Source: Selaginella moellendorffii (Eukaryota > Plantae > Lycopodiophyta). From it: a DNA stretch of 64,000 nucleotides. Location: assembly GCF_000143415.4 (NCBI RefSeq), contig NW_003314322.1, positions 1,066,067 through 1,130,066 of the forward strand, in the 5' to 3' direction. Shown here piece by piece: positions 23,492 through 35,685 of this stretch; the stretch's first letter is position 1; every line of letters starts with the position of its first letter. The notes under the pieces were generated by a model that made no database searches, was not told the DNA's origin, and saw only the letters and a list, made by a program, of their open reading frames with translations. Made by a program: the position numbers and the translations under genes.

Positions 23492-24576
23492 ACCTTTCTT
23501 TCTCCGCTTTCTTAGAGCGCACAGCCCCTTCTCTTTCCTAATTGATTTGAGACACTGAAAAAAATAACACTTTTAACAAAGAATAAGAGAAAATAAAACA
23601 AGACAACAACGCGAAGAATTCTCTCACTTTCTCGAGCCAAGTGCTCTGACGTATGAACCGCACGTTTGTCACTGTTGAATCTTCCTGGATGTTCTTCTGT
23701 CGGACGCTGGTTTGACCATTGATCGAGCGTTAATCATCGGTTTGATCAGTAGCAAACGTTTGTACGTTGATCGAGCCATTAGTCACCTGATTTGATCAGT
23801 AGCAGAACTCATGAAGTACCATTTGGTTGATCGAGATCATTCGTCTCCGGAGCGGTTGCTCGGGTGTCAGCTTCAAGGGATGCGATGCGTCTGAATCGAC
23901 CCACTCCATTGTTAATACAATTAAGAATATATAAACCCAAATTCTTCCCAAAAGACTTGGAGAGCAGTGACTCACCTGGAACTTATTTTAATCTCGAGCT
24001 CGTGAAGTTTCTCTCTTTTTTTTTTCGCCCCCACCTCGATCGACTAATTTGGCCCGTCATGCTCGCAACAGCAGCACCACCAGGCTGTCCTGGCCATTTC
24101 AAAACACTTGGCAGTATCCCCTCCACGATTAGTGTCCGGCATTAGAGACTAAGACACCTTGCCAATAGCTCTTCGGCTCCCCAAGAAGCAGTAGCGTTTG
24201 CATCACCCACGGCACAGCCCAGAACTGTTGGACGGGACCACCGTTGGAATCACTGCTACTTGACTCTTGGCTTGTTCCACGGGGCACACCCAAAAAATCT
24301 GTGGATCTCATACTTCAGCACAGCCGGCAGTATTAGTCACAACGACAGAATCAGAACCATAGAAAAAACATCTTGACTTGAGCAAACCTCTTTCTTTTTC
24401 CTTCACTCTCCATGCAATACAGAGGATCTGATCATCCAAACGAGCATTAAGAGAGGAAAAGCAAAAAATAAACAAGTACCTTGTCAACACTCTTCTACTT
24501 TAAGCTCCTGGAGCAAATGATAAAGTGAGAGCCGAAGAGAACACAGGGATAAAACACAGTCACGAATACCTTCGTG

Positions 24577-25347
24577 TCAAGCTGCCGAAGGAATCATCCC
24601 AGTCTGCCTCGCGTACGCAAAGATCCCGCCAGCTTCGATCACCGGCGCGGCATCGCCCAGCGGCTTGAGCGCGTACTCCTTTCCAGTGGAGTGATTCACC
24701 ACCACGTCGCGCTCCATGTCCACGGTCACGTCGTCCCCGTTGTGGAACTCGTCACAGATGCGAGCTTCACACTCGACGGGATACATCTCGCCGGTGGCCA
24801 CCGAGTTCCGGAAGAAGATCCTGGCATAGGACTCGGCCACCACCACCTGGATCCCGGACGCTCCCAGAGCAACCGGGGCGTGCTCGCGGGAGGAGCCACA
24901 GCCAAAGTTGGAGCCGGCGATGATGATCGAGTACTTGGTCTTGCTCTTGCCGGGCTCCATGAACTGTCCATAGTGTGGCGGAAGCCCGGCCATGGCGTAG
25001 CTCCCCAGCTTCTCATACTCGTCCGGCTTGGAGGGGACGAGCGTGAGATACTCGGCCGGAATGATCTGATCGGTGTCGATATTGTCACGCACCACGAAGC
25101 ATTTGCCCGAGATCTGACGCGACGGTGTGTCCCCGGCCATGGCGATCACGGGCGCCGCGGGCTTGATCGCCGGAGAGAATGTAGCTATGCGCTGGGGCTT
25201 GATGCTCTTGCTGCCCCAGATGCTGCTGGCATTGGCGGCGCTTGGCAGGGAGATCGAGGCGCGAGGATGCGAACCTGGTGGATATGGAGCTGGCTTGGAT
25301 GCCGCGGCGGCGCCATGCACGATCAAGCGAGCGCTGGAAGTCGCCAT
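24577..25347 (-). CDS. LeuD: 3-isopropylmalate dehydratase (isomerase) small subunit, plastid, intronless
   Basis: DNIDTDQIIPAEYL, NFGCGSSREHAP, AESYARIFFRN, AGGIFAYAR, transit peptide. Confidence 0.96.
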   Translation of the reverse strand: MATSSARLIVHGAAAASKPAPYPPGSHPRASISLPSAANASSIWGSKSIKPQRIATFSPAIKPAAPVIAMAGDTPSRQISGKCFVVRDNIDTDQIIPAEYLTLVPSKPDEYEKLGSYAMAGLPPHYGQFMEPGKSKTKYSIIIAGSNFGCGSSREHAPVALGASGIQVVVAESYARIFFRNSVATGEMYPVECEARICDEFHNGDDVTVDMERDVVVNHSTGKEYALKPLGDAAPVIEAGGIFAYARQTGMIPSAA

Positions 25348-25391
25348 TGGTGCGCGCTTAAACCCTAGTGAAGCCCTAGAGGAGCCCTAGA

Positions 25392-28253
25392 ATGGGGAGG
25401 AAGAAGAAGAGCGGGTCGGGGGAGGCGTGGAAGGATGTGACGCCGCAGGAGCCGACATCGCTGCTCCTGGGCAGCGGCCATGGAGGTATGGATCAATTTG
25501 CGAGCGACGCGATCATGGATGTTCTCCTTTGCAGGTTTTGTGTCTCTGGAGGAGATTGATGAGGATCTGGTGTTTGGACTCGAGCCTCCGGCCGGGGAGG
25601 ATTTGAGTGGGAAGAATGCGAAGAAAGGGAAGAGGAAACGCGCGTTGGAAACTGATCTAGGCGAGGAGAAACATGCGAAGAAGAATAAGAAGAGAAAAGA
25701 GAAAATGCTCGCTAGTGACACCGATCTAGCCGACGGAAATGCTGCGATGAGAAAGGAGAAGAAGAAGAAGAAGAAGAAGGGAAATGCCGAGCCTGGTGAT
25801 ACTGCCCAAGATAAAGAGGCTTTAAACTCTCCTCGAGGGAAGAAAAGGAAGAACAAGCGTTTGCGTGAAAATACTACGTCCGGTGCCAACAAGAGATCAA
25901 AGCTAGATGGTGGAGGTAAGATTTTAGATGCAGGTGTTTTTCTTTTCTCAAAACGATCTTCGTTCTTACAGATAATGGGAGTGAAGGTTTGGAGAGAGTC
26001 GATGTTGTTCTTCCCGAATGGAACGAGTTGAGACTTCATCCTTCACTGCTAAGAGCTCTTTCTATTCTTGGCTTTACCACTCCAACTCCCATCCAGAAGG
26101 CATGCATTCCAGCAGCTGCGCACAAGGGAAAGGTGTGGTTTACCTTTTCGTATTTTTATATTTCATGTTCATTTTTTTTATCTACTTGCTCTAGGACGTT
26201 ATCGGGGCCGCAGAGACTGGATCAGGAAAAACCTTAGCTTTTGGCATACCAATTTTGCAAAGGCTTCTTGATGAACGCGATAAGCTCTTGCGACAGAACA
26301 ATGTTGCTAGTGACAGTCCACTTCGTGCTCTCATCGTCACACCTACGCGAGAATTAGCTCTGCAGGTAGTGTAACTAAGCATCTCTTGCTTTCTAACATG
26401 TGGAATGACAGATTTGCGACCATATTCGAGCAGTAGCTAAGTTTACAGATATCAAGGTCGCTCCTATTGTTGGTGGCATATCTACGCAAAAACAGGAACG
26501 CCTTCTTAAGCGAAGGCCTGCTATTGTCGTTGGAACTCCTGGTCGCCTATGGGAACTCATGAGCAGTGGCGAAAGCCACCTTGTCCAGGTATTTTCTAGG
26601 ACTGGTTTTCTTATTATTTCGTGTTTTTTATTGTTCTTTCTTGGCAGCTCCAAGAGATCTCATTTTTTATACTGGACGAGGCTGACCGCATGATTGAAAA
26701 AGGCCATTTTCAAGAGCTAGAATCCATAATTGATTTACTACCGAAGCACGGTGAATCGCGAGAGGATCTAGATCCTGCAGACAACGTTTTTTTGTCCGCT
26801 AAGAAACGGAGGCAGACTTTGGTGTTTTCAGCTACCTTGACCCTGCCTCCCGACTTCAAGAAAAAGCTCAAGAAAAGCTATGGAGCAAGAAAGAAATCAG
26901 AGCAGCATTCTCTATCCTTACTGTCGGAGAGAGCCGGGCTCAGCGACACTGCTGAAGTTGTGGATTTGACATCGAAGAACGTCGTTGCTGAAAAGCTTAC
27001 GGAGTCGGTTATCGAGTAAGATCTGCATTTTTGCCTGACACGTCTCACCTAACGCTTTGTATTGTTTCCTGCAGATGCACCGACGAGGAAAAGGATGCCT
27101 ACCTATACTACGTCCTCAAGGTACATGGATGTGGGCGAACAATTGTGTTTTGTACCTCCATTGCGGCATTAAGAAGACTAGCAGCTATTCTACGTCTTTT
27201 AGAGGTTCCGGCGTGGCCTTTGCATGCACAGCTACAGCAACGGCAGAGACTAAAGGTATGGCATGTCATACGTTTTGAGTACGCATTTAAATTCTGCTCT
27301 TTCCAGACAATGGATAGATTCCGAGCCAGCACCGATGGTGTGCTTGTCGCAACGGACGTTGCTGCACGGGGTTTAGATATTCCGGGAGTTCGGACTGTTA
27401 TACATTATCAGTTACCACACTCAGCGGAGGTATGCATAAGATATGTTTAAACCGGTGCGACATATTCCCGTGTCCAACAGATGTATGTTCATAGAAGTGG
27501 GAGAACAGCGCGTGCTGACAAAGATGGATGCAGCATTGCTCTAATCTCTCCCTCGGAGAAGTCGAAGTACTTGACACTCTGCCGTGCGCTATCAAAGGTA
27601 CTCTGGAAAACAAGTGGATTTCTTGCGTGATATAGTGTTTGCTACAGTCCAGTGGCTTGACAAGGTTTCCAATCAATTCCGGGTATATACCCTCTGTTGA
27701 GAAACGAATAGAGCTTGCTCTCAGAATTGATAGACTATTACGGGAGAATTCGAAGGTAAATGGCATTCCTTGTTTTACAATGGACTGGCTTTAATTTTCG
27801 AGAGCAGAAAAAGGCGAAGAGCACCTGGTTTGAGCGAAATGCGAAGGAACTCGACATCGAAATTGAGCGCAAGGATGAGGACAATGACAACGTTGAGGCG
27901 AAGCTCAGTGGAAAAAAGTCCGTGCAATTGAGAAGCTTACAAGAGGCAAGGAAGAAATTGTTGCGTTTCTCTATCTAAAGCGGTACCAACACGCAGGAAC
28001 TGAAGCAGATGCTCAAACATCCTTTGGAGCTGAGAGGCTTCTCTCGTCGCTTTATTGCTGGGGTACGTATAAAGCTCAAATGCTGAGTCTTGTCTAACTC
28101 CGCTTTCTTTGTTACTTGTAGACTGGATTGACTCCACTGGCCGCACAGCAACTAAAGGATTATGTGGACAATGCTCCCGGAGGCCGGTTCGTCGTTATCG
28201 GTCAGAAGGAAGTGGAACCTCTACAAGCACTCAAAGCACAACAATGCGGATAA
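25392..28253 (+). CDS. RH13: DEAD-box RNA helicase RH13 (DDX24/MAK5-like)
   Basis: [10 protein letters not shown] motif [43 protein letters not shown], stop at 28251-28253. Confidence 0.9.
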
Positions 28254-28317
28254 AACCAGAGAGTTCTTACTGTAAGCTTTTTCAAGGATTTGCTACAAAC
28301 ATGCTTGAATCCTTATT

Positions 28318-28741
28318 TCAGGGGAGAGTGTAGCCTGCACCGACATTGAACAGAAGGTCAGTTCTTTTATCCCCAGCAGCAGCAGCAAGGCAAAAAGAAA
28401 GTGAGAGAGTACTAACTTCCGCACTGATAGTTGTGAGGCAGCTCCCGGTTGCATCGCTTTGCGATTTTGAGAGCGGTGCTGAGCTTGAGCACCTTGGTGA
28501 CATCTCCGGTGATCTTGGGACAGACGCAGTCGGGCTGGGCGGCCCTCACGAACTTGCAGCACTTGGAAGACGGTTTGGCTCCAATGAGCACGGCAGTCAT
28601 GCAATTCCCGACGAGACCATTCACCTGGCTATCGCAGTCGAGACTCGCGTCGTCGTCGGCAGCAACCTGGATCAAGAACAGGGAGAAGAAGAGCAGGAAA
28701 ACTCCCAGGACAAGAGTTGCCCGCGGCTTGATCGTCTCCAT
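28318..28741 (-). CDS. Non-specific lipid transfer protein (type D-like)
   Basis: Signal peptide, 8-Cys motif, intron before SYTLP-stop. Confidence 0.85.
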
Positions 28742-29112
28742 TGGTGCTGCTCCCGCGACGGAGGACGAAGGAGAGACACTGGGAGCGATCTAGCGACGAA
28801 CTCGGGAGAAGAGCAGCATTTATTTGTGAGCGGTTTCCTTAAAAAAGGAGTTTTTTTCCGATGGGTGGTCTGAGCACAAGTCTGGTGCTGCAGCACGCGT
28901 ACTCCTAGAAAGCAACCTTTACACATTTTCTTAGACAGCCATGGAGAAGTGCCAGATGATTATTTCGGTATTGATTGACATAAGCGAGATAGTGGTCGTC
29001 GTGATGCAAAAGAACTCCCAAGGATGCTAGGGTCTTTGACTCGAGAAGAACATAGCTGAAAGTAGTCAAAGGAAGTCTTTAGAATTTTATTAACTTTTAT
29101 TGACTGTGTCAG

Positions 29113-29403
29113 ATTTATAAACTGGGACAGCTCTTAACACTAGAGCTGGATGCGAGCCGGCAAGCGGGTCTTTACAACAGAAAGGATGAGCTCGCTAGAC
29201 TCGCGAAGATATGCAATGGAGGAAAAATGGTGCTAGTCACTGGGCCGCCAGACTCGGGTAAGTCGACAGAGTTTGCGGAGCGCACACCAAGGCTACCAAT
29301 CTACGTGCGGGCAGCAACATTCAACAGCGCAGCTAGCTTTGCCGCTGAGGTCAAGTCTCAGATGGCTCCGCTTAGATCAGCAAGTCTTTTGGTTAACTGG
29401 AAG
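29113..29403 (+). pseudogene. N-terminal fragment of an archaeal-ATPase/AAA-like P-loop NTPase
   Basis: LYNRKDELARL...VLVTGPPDSGKST, i.e. the YNRxxE motif followed by Walker A. Confidence 0.6.
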
Positions 29404-29406
29404 GTG

Positions 29407-30465
29407 GGAGAATTCAAAGGTGTGTCCTTTTACAGTGGCTTTGATTTCGAGAGCAGAAAAAGGTGAAGAACACCTGGTTTTTATGAGCGAAATGTGAAGG
29501 ACCTCAACAGTGAAATTGACCGCAAAGATGAGAACAATAACAACGTTGAGATGAAGTTCACTGGAAACAGTCCATGCAATTGAGAAGCTTACAAGAGGCA
29601 AACAAGTTCTCTATGAACTAAAGCAGATGCCTGAACATCCTTTGTTGCTGGGTTATGTATAAGCTCGCCCTTTTCCTTTGCTACGGCAACTAAAGGATTA
29701 TGTAATGCTGTTCGTTGTTAGTGGGAACCTCTACATTCAAAGCACAACAATGCGGATAATTAACCGGAGAATTCTTACTGTAAGCTTTTTAAAGGATTTG
29801 CTACAAGCATGCCTGAATCATGAACTTCTCTTTTCTCAGGGAAAAGTGTAGCCTGCACCGACATTGAACAAAAGGTCAGTTTTTTTATCACCAACAGCAG
29901 CAAGGCAAAACGAAAGTGAGAGAGTACTAACTTCCGCACTGATAGTTGTGAGGCAGCTCCCAGTTGCACTGCTTTGCGATTTTAAGAGCGGTGTTGAGCA
30001 GACGCTCAGTGAGCATTTTGGTGACATCTTTGGTAATCTTGGGACAGAGGCAGTCGAGCTGGGCGGCCCTCACGAACTTGCAGCACTTGGATGACGGTTT
30101 GGTTCCAATGAGCACGGCAGTCATGCAATTCCCGGCGAGACCATTCACTTGGCTATCGCAGTCGAGAGTCGCGTCATCGTCGGCAGCAACCTGGATCAGG
30201 AACAGGGAGATCAAGAGCAAGAAAACTCCAGAGCACAGGACAAGAGTCGCCCGCGGCTTGATCGTCTCCATTTGTGCTACTCCCGCAAGGGAGGACGAAG
30301 GAGAGACACTCGACACTGGGGAGCGATCTAGCAACGAACTCTAGAGAAGAGCAGCATTTATTTGTGATCGGTTTGCATTAAAAAGGAGTTTTTTTTCGGA
30401 TGGGTGGTCTGAGCACAACTCTGGCACTGCTGCACAACACGCTTATTCCTAAAAATCAACTTTTA
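29407..30465 (+). repeat. Diverged tandem copy of ~27742-28920 (decayed RH13 3' exons + nsLTP + LTP promoter)
   Basis: Collinear near-identity, e.g. gagcagaaaaagg, gcaactaaaggattatgt, gcacaacaatgcggataa, gatgggtggtctgagcacaa. Confidence 0.92.
29836..30271 (-). CDS. Non-specific lipid transfer protein, duplicate of 28318-28741
   Basis: Open frame, 8 Cys retained, two small in-frame insertions, same intron. Confidence 0.8.
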
Positions 30466-30711
30466 TATGCCATGCGCAGTTGATTATTTTCATATGGCGT
30501 GCGATTTGTAAATAATTTGTTGCACTATACATAATTGTGCAACAATATTTGGATTGGATAGAACATTAAATATTAACAATATCTTATAATATAGTTTCCT
30601 GAAGACTTTTAGGTGTTAGAAAATCTACTTAGTAATAGTTTGATATTTATAATTTATGAACACATTTATAATTTATAAACTTTTCTAAACACTTAATTTA
30701 TTAGTTTTCTT

Positions 30712-31700
30712 AAGCAAACCCTGAAGTCGCACTAAATCCTGCCCGCATGTAGATGCTCGCGCTCCAGCCGCTCCCGTCTTACCTGAGTCTGGTGGTCCAG
30801 TGACTACCGCTTACATGGTGCGATGATCCGCCCCGGTGCAAGTTAGAGTGTATATACCCAATTTATAGCAAGTTTTTAGTATTGAAATAAGAGAGTGGTC
30901 CGATAAATACGGTTTGAGTCATCTTTGAGTGAATAAGAACATGGATAGAAATTTTCACAGGAATTGTCGACATTCATTGACTTTTTGAGCTTACCTTTGC
31001 ATGGTGAGGAACAATAACAAAAGAGAAACGTCTCAGATGGCTTCGTCGCATTCGACGACGAAAAGGCTGTTCCATGGCAAAGCTGCAGCCTTTCCAACGC
31101 TGTTAATTGACGAGGCGAACCGGTTCCACGAGTGGAGCCTGTGCCCCAAGGAGCAGCATCATCTCAGGAATCTCCAGGATTACTTTTTGATGCTGACCAA
31201 GGAGACAAACACAGCCAACGTGATCCTTTGCAGCTCCGAGGACATCAGGTCAGGCTCAACGAGCATGTACCCTTCCAGAGATACTTCACAATGATGACAG
31301 GTGACCTGCTGGAAAAAGAAGCTCATGAAGCACACAGCGTTCTCTACTTCCAGAGGACCTATGGCAGTATCTTTTCTTATGTCGGTGGAGTCTCAGACGA
31401 GTGGCAGGCACTTGCGAGCAAGCTTCGTGGAGGCTGGAAAAGGAAGCTTTTTTGTCCTCTGTTCTTTTTGATGTGGAGACCATGAGTCAAGTGAGCGGAT
31501 CCAGAGCTGTTGAAGGAGCTCGAAGCATCCTGGACCTCCGAAGGAGTACGAGGCGCTCTGTGGGGTGTATTGAGCGAGAAGTAAGTACCTCATTGATGCA
31601 GGCATCGTTTCAGAGAAGGCACTCCACAGCTTGGTGCAACACGAGTTCGTCGCAGCTTCTCGTGTCAGGACTTGATGTGGTACAAAGGCCAATATCCTCT
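30712..31700. pseudogene. Rearranged P-loop ATPase pseudogene (inverted Walker A fragment plus Walker B and C-terminal part)
   Basis: Minus strand VVTGPPDSGKT (~30775-30810). Plus strand FPTLLIDEANRF, LTKETNTANVILCSSE, GDLLEKEA, with frameshifts. Confidence 0.6.
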
Positions 31701-32112
31701 GGTCATGCCTTCCACACTCCCACATTTTCATGAAGTAAATTGTGCAAGTATGTGCAGAGTATGTTATTTTGTTCTTCGTCATTCTAATTCATGCAGGATC
31801 AAGCAGAAAGAAAGAAGGCATCGATATTATGAACCTTCTGTTTTTCTTTGTTTGTAGTTACTATTAGCAAAATTGTAAAAGTGTATCTTGCTCTGACTTC
31901 GTATAGAAGTGCTCCTAAGGTTCGTTGGCACCATTCCAGTGCTCAGAGAGGGGGTTGCGGCAGTAGCTTTCTCATGCTCACGCCTAAACATTGGAACAAA
32001 TAGTACAGATGCCTATCTCTTGGTGTCTCTTGGTCGACGAATTTTCGATCTTGGCATTGTCCTAAGTTCTTAACAAGCTTCTTGAAATTTTAGGGCTTGC
32101 AACTTGGAAGCA

Positions 32113-33259
32113 ATGGCAGATGTCTACGTGCTCCTGGGAATCGTTGGTAGAAGAAAACCAAGGTTCTTGCTGTAACTTGATTTTGTGTGTGTGTGTGTGT
32201 CTACAGGCAATGTCACAGCCATGGTCATGTTTTTGTCACCAACGTGAGAGACGACAGATCTTTAAAGACCACCTTTCGTGTTGTAACTGAAAATAAGGAG
32301 AAAAGATACCCATTTTTCTTTGTTTCTTGTTTCCAGGCCCACATTCTGGAGGATCATCAATTCTCGAGACACCGGATCCTTCTCGCCAGTCCCATACGCT
32401 TGCACGCTCCTCAATTGCCTGCTCTGGTTCTTCTATGGCCTCCCCGCCGTCACCTCCAACAACACGCTCATCGTCACCATCAACGCCGCCGGGATCATCC
32501 TCGAGTGCATCTATCTCATCGTCTTCTTCACCTTTGCCCCCGCAGCCCACAGGGTGAGCGCTGCGAAAATCCTGTTCTATGCTCTTCTACTTTGTCCTGT
32601 TTCTCGTCGACCAAAAGCAAAAGAAGGAAAAGAAGAAATGTTTTTGATCTCACTGGCTTCGTGTTCCAGGGATATCTCAGCGTGCTGCTCGTTGGTGTGG
32701 CGGGATTCTTCGCTGCCGCCATCGCAGTCACTCTCACAGCATTCCAGCAGGAGCAAAGGGCCAAATTCGTCGGTGCGGTGTGTGTGGTGGTCGGGACTCT
32801 CATGTACGCCTCGCCACTTTCAGTCATGGTACCAGAGCTACTCGTCTTCCCAGAAAAACAGAAGAGAACTTTAGAACATAGAAACAAAACTTTCCTTTAC
32901 CCTCTCCAACTTGCAGAAGCTGGTTATCGCGACTCGAAGCGTCGAATACATGCCCTTTTCTCTGTCTCTCTGTAGCCTGATCAATGCGCTGCTATGGACA
33001 ATCTATGGAGTTCTCAAGCACGACAAGTTCCTCATAGTAAGCTAAGCCTTTAAAAGTGGAAGAGAAAAAGCTTCTTTCACTGCTTTGTCCATAGATCCCA
33101 AACACGATTGGAGCTATCCTGGGACTACTCCAGCTCGCAATTTACTCTCACTTCCAAAGGGAAGAAGACACCGAGTTCTTTCACAATCTGCCAGACTTCT
33201 CACCGCCTCATCACAGCAAGCTCAAGCACTCCAAGTCATCAAACTCATATCTCAAATGA
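32113..33259 (+). CDS. SWEET: SWEET sugar transporter, 6 exons
   Basis: GIVGN...[49 protein letters not shown]. Canonical SWEET intron layout. Confidence 0.93.
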
Positions 33260-33427
33260 ACGAAGAAAAAGCAAGAAGGGAAGTTGAACAACAAAAAGGC
33301 TTCGTAGGCATTACAGAGATCAATCAAAGACCCCTCGGATAAAAAGAACCAAAAAAAAGTAGAAAAGAAACAAACTCTCACCAGAGACCAACCTCTGTGT
33401 TCTCTTATGTCGTTAGGAAAAACTTCT

Positions 33428-34444
33428 TTAGCCCTTGACCCTCTTCCTGGCCTCCTCCACGATGGAAAGCTTGATACCTTTGCCTTTGGGAAGAGAGACC
33501 CACGGCTTGGTCCCCTGGCCAATGGTGAAAACGTTGCCCATTCGGGTGGCGAAGTCCTGACCGACCGAGTCCTTGATGTGAATGATGTCGAAGCTCCCCT
33601 TGTGCTTCTCTCGGTGCTGAATGGTACCGACTCTCCCCCTGTTGCGACCACCAGTGACCATCACCAAGTTGCCAACGTCGAACTTGATGAACTCCTTGAT
33701 CTTGCCAGTCTCCAGGTCGATCTTGATCGTGTCGTTGGCCTTGATCAGAGGGTCCGGGTAGCGGATGGTTCTCCCGTCGTAAGTCGTCAGGAACGGGATC
33801 CCCTTGGCACCGAACCTCACGGCGCGGACCTTGCAGAGCTTGAACTGTTGACACCAAAACAAAGTTACTACGGAAAGAAAGCACTTGGAGATGTGAGTGA
33901 ATGAGTACCTTGGCCTCCTCGGAGTTGATCGAGTGCAAGGTGAATCGGCCCTTGCTGTCATAGAGGAGACGGTAGTTCTCATCCACCTTGCCGACCGTCA
34001 ACACATCTAGAAAAGCGAAACAAGCAAGTCAGTCGGGTAAGAGAGGAAAAGAAATCGAGAACTTACCCATGAATCCAGCGGGATAGCACTTGTCCGTCCG
34101 GACCTTGCCATCAATCGAGATGAGCTTTTGCATCACGATTGCGACCACCTCTCGGTAAGTCAAGGCATAGTTGAGCCTGTTTCGAAGTACAATCACCAGA
34201 GGCAAGCATTCCCTCTCCTTGTGAGGGCCCGACGATGGCTTTGGAGCCTGGAAAAGCAAGGCCGCCGTGAGCGCACGGATCTACCTGGGACAACAAAGGG
34301 GAACAGATACTTACAAAGGCACCGCCGAGCTTGCTCAGCATCCAATGCTTGGGGGCATTGAGCACCTTGAGATGCTTCTTCGGCCCGCGCACCTGCACAA
34401 CACAAGAATCGTAAGATCCCGCGATAGCCGCGCGCTCTCACCAT
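33428..34444 (-). CDS. RPS4: 40S ribosomal protein S4 (eS4)
   Basis: [57 protein letters not shown]. Confidence 0.96.
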
Positions 34445-34955
34445 TGCTCCACGCTCCTCCGCCTAGAACCCTAGCCGCCGTGGAAACCCTCAAAAACAGG
34501 AATTAGGGCTAGGGCATGTGAAAATTTTAAAATATTTTTTAATGTTAATATTGAATAGAGTATTCTTAAGAAAGAAATATCTTATTAGTCTTTCTCATAA
34601 CTAACTCAAAGCTTTTGAGCAATAAGAACATTAAATATATTGATTTACAATTTATTATTTTCTTTTAAATTATTAATAAAGCTATACAATGAGAATTTTA
34701 TGACAATCAATAAGATGATAAAACTAACTCATAAAGTAATTCACATTATATTATGTACATAAATCAAAATTTAATGTTAAAAAGTGAAACTATTAAATAT
34801 CATTGAAAACTAATATATGGTAAAACAAAATACATTTTATTATATATTACATAAATAAATTAGTCAATTAAATTCAAAAAAATTATAAAAAGAATAAAAT
34901 TCCATATATATTTAGGATGGTTTTTGCAATAAATCTTATCTTTATGGATTTTCAA

Positions 34956-34958
<3 letters not shown>

Positions 34959-35021
<63 letters not shown>
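34959..35021. repeat. (TA)n microsatellite
   Basis: About 31 units, read directly. Confidence 0.95.
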
Positions 35022-35023
<2 letters not shown>

Positions 35024-35617
35024 TAAAATTATGGCAACAAATATGTAATTGTGTGTGGGAGAATTATACATTTACATATATACTGATTTTTTTTTTTGTT
35101 TTAAATTGCATGAAAAATATTATGCACACAATCACTTTTAGATTGTTATTAAGCAATTAAAATGTGATTGTCTGTATAATATTTTTATTATGGGATATAT
35201 CATATATAATATTTTTTTGGTCTTATTTTGTGTTATTGAATATAAATTTATGACATCTTGATTATGATCATCTTTTTCCTACTTTATGTTCATTTTATTT
35301 GCCTTCTATTCCGTGTGGTTGTGCATCATTTACTGCAATTTAAAAATGTATTTTGATTGCAATACACACTAATGTAAATATAATGCTTCAATCATATTTA
35401 CAAATGTTTTTCATTTCTTACAACTTATTTAAAGTGCAATATTTTAATATAGAGTTTGTGGATATGATGTTTTTCATTTTTTCATTAAGCGTGTTAAATT
35501 TTAAATGCATTTTAGATGCCATGAGCTAAGCTTGCCAGCACTATATATTTAAAACACTTTTATTGGTGAGGATAATAGAAAGAACTTTACATATTAAGCC
35601 CAAATCATTATAATACT

Positions 35618-35620
<3 letters not shown>

Positions 35621-35683
<63 letters not shown>
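35621..35683. repeat. (TA)n microsatellite
   Basis: About 31 units, read directly. Confidence 0.95.

Positions 35684-35685
<2 letters not shown>

Noticed and set aside
24108-24130. Partial resemblance to a miR390 target site (ggcagtatccctcc)
   Set aside because: Mismatched in the region pairing with the miRNA 5' end, with no second site or tasiARF-like sequence seen.
1379-25347. A nitrogen-assimilation gene cluster (ACR12, FdC2, NIA, LeuD)
   Set aside because: Genes are interspersed with unrelated ones, and there is no nitrite reductase or NRT2. Chance is sufficient.
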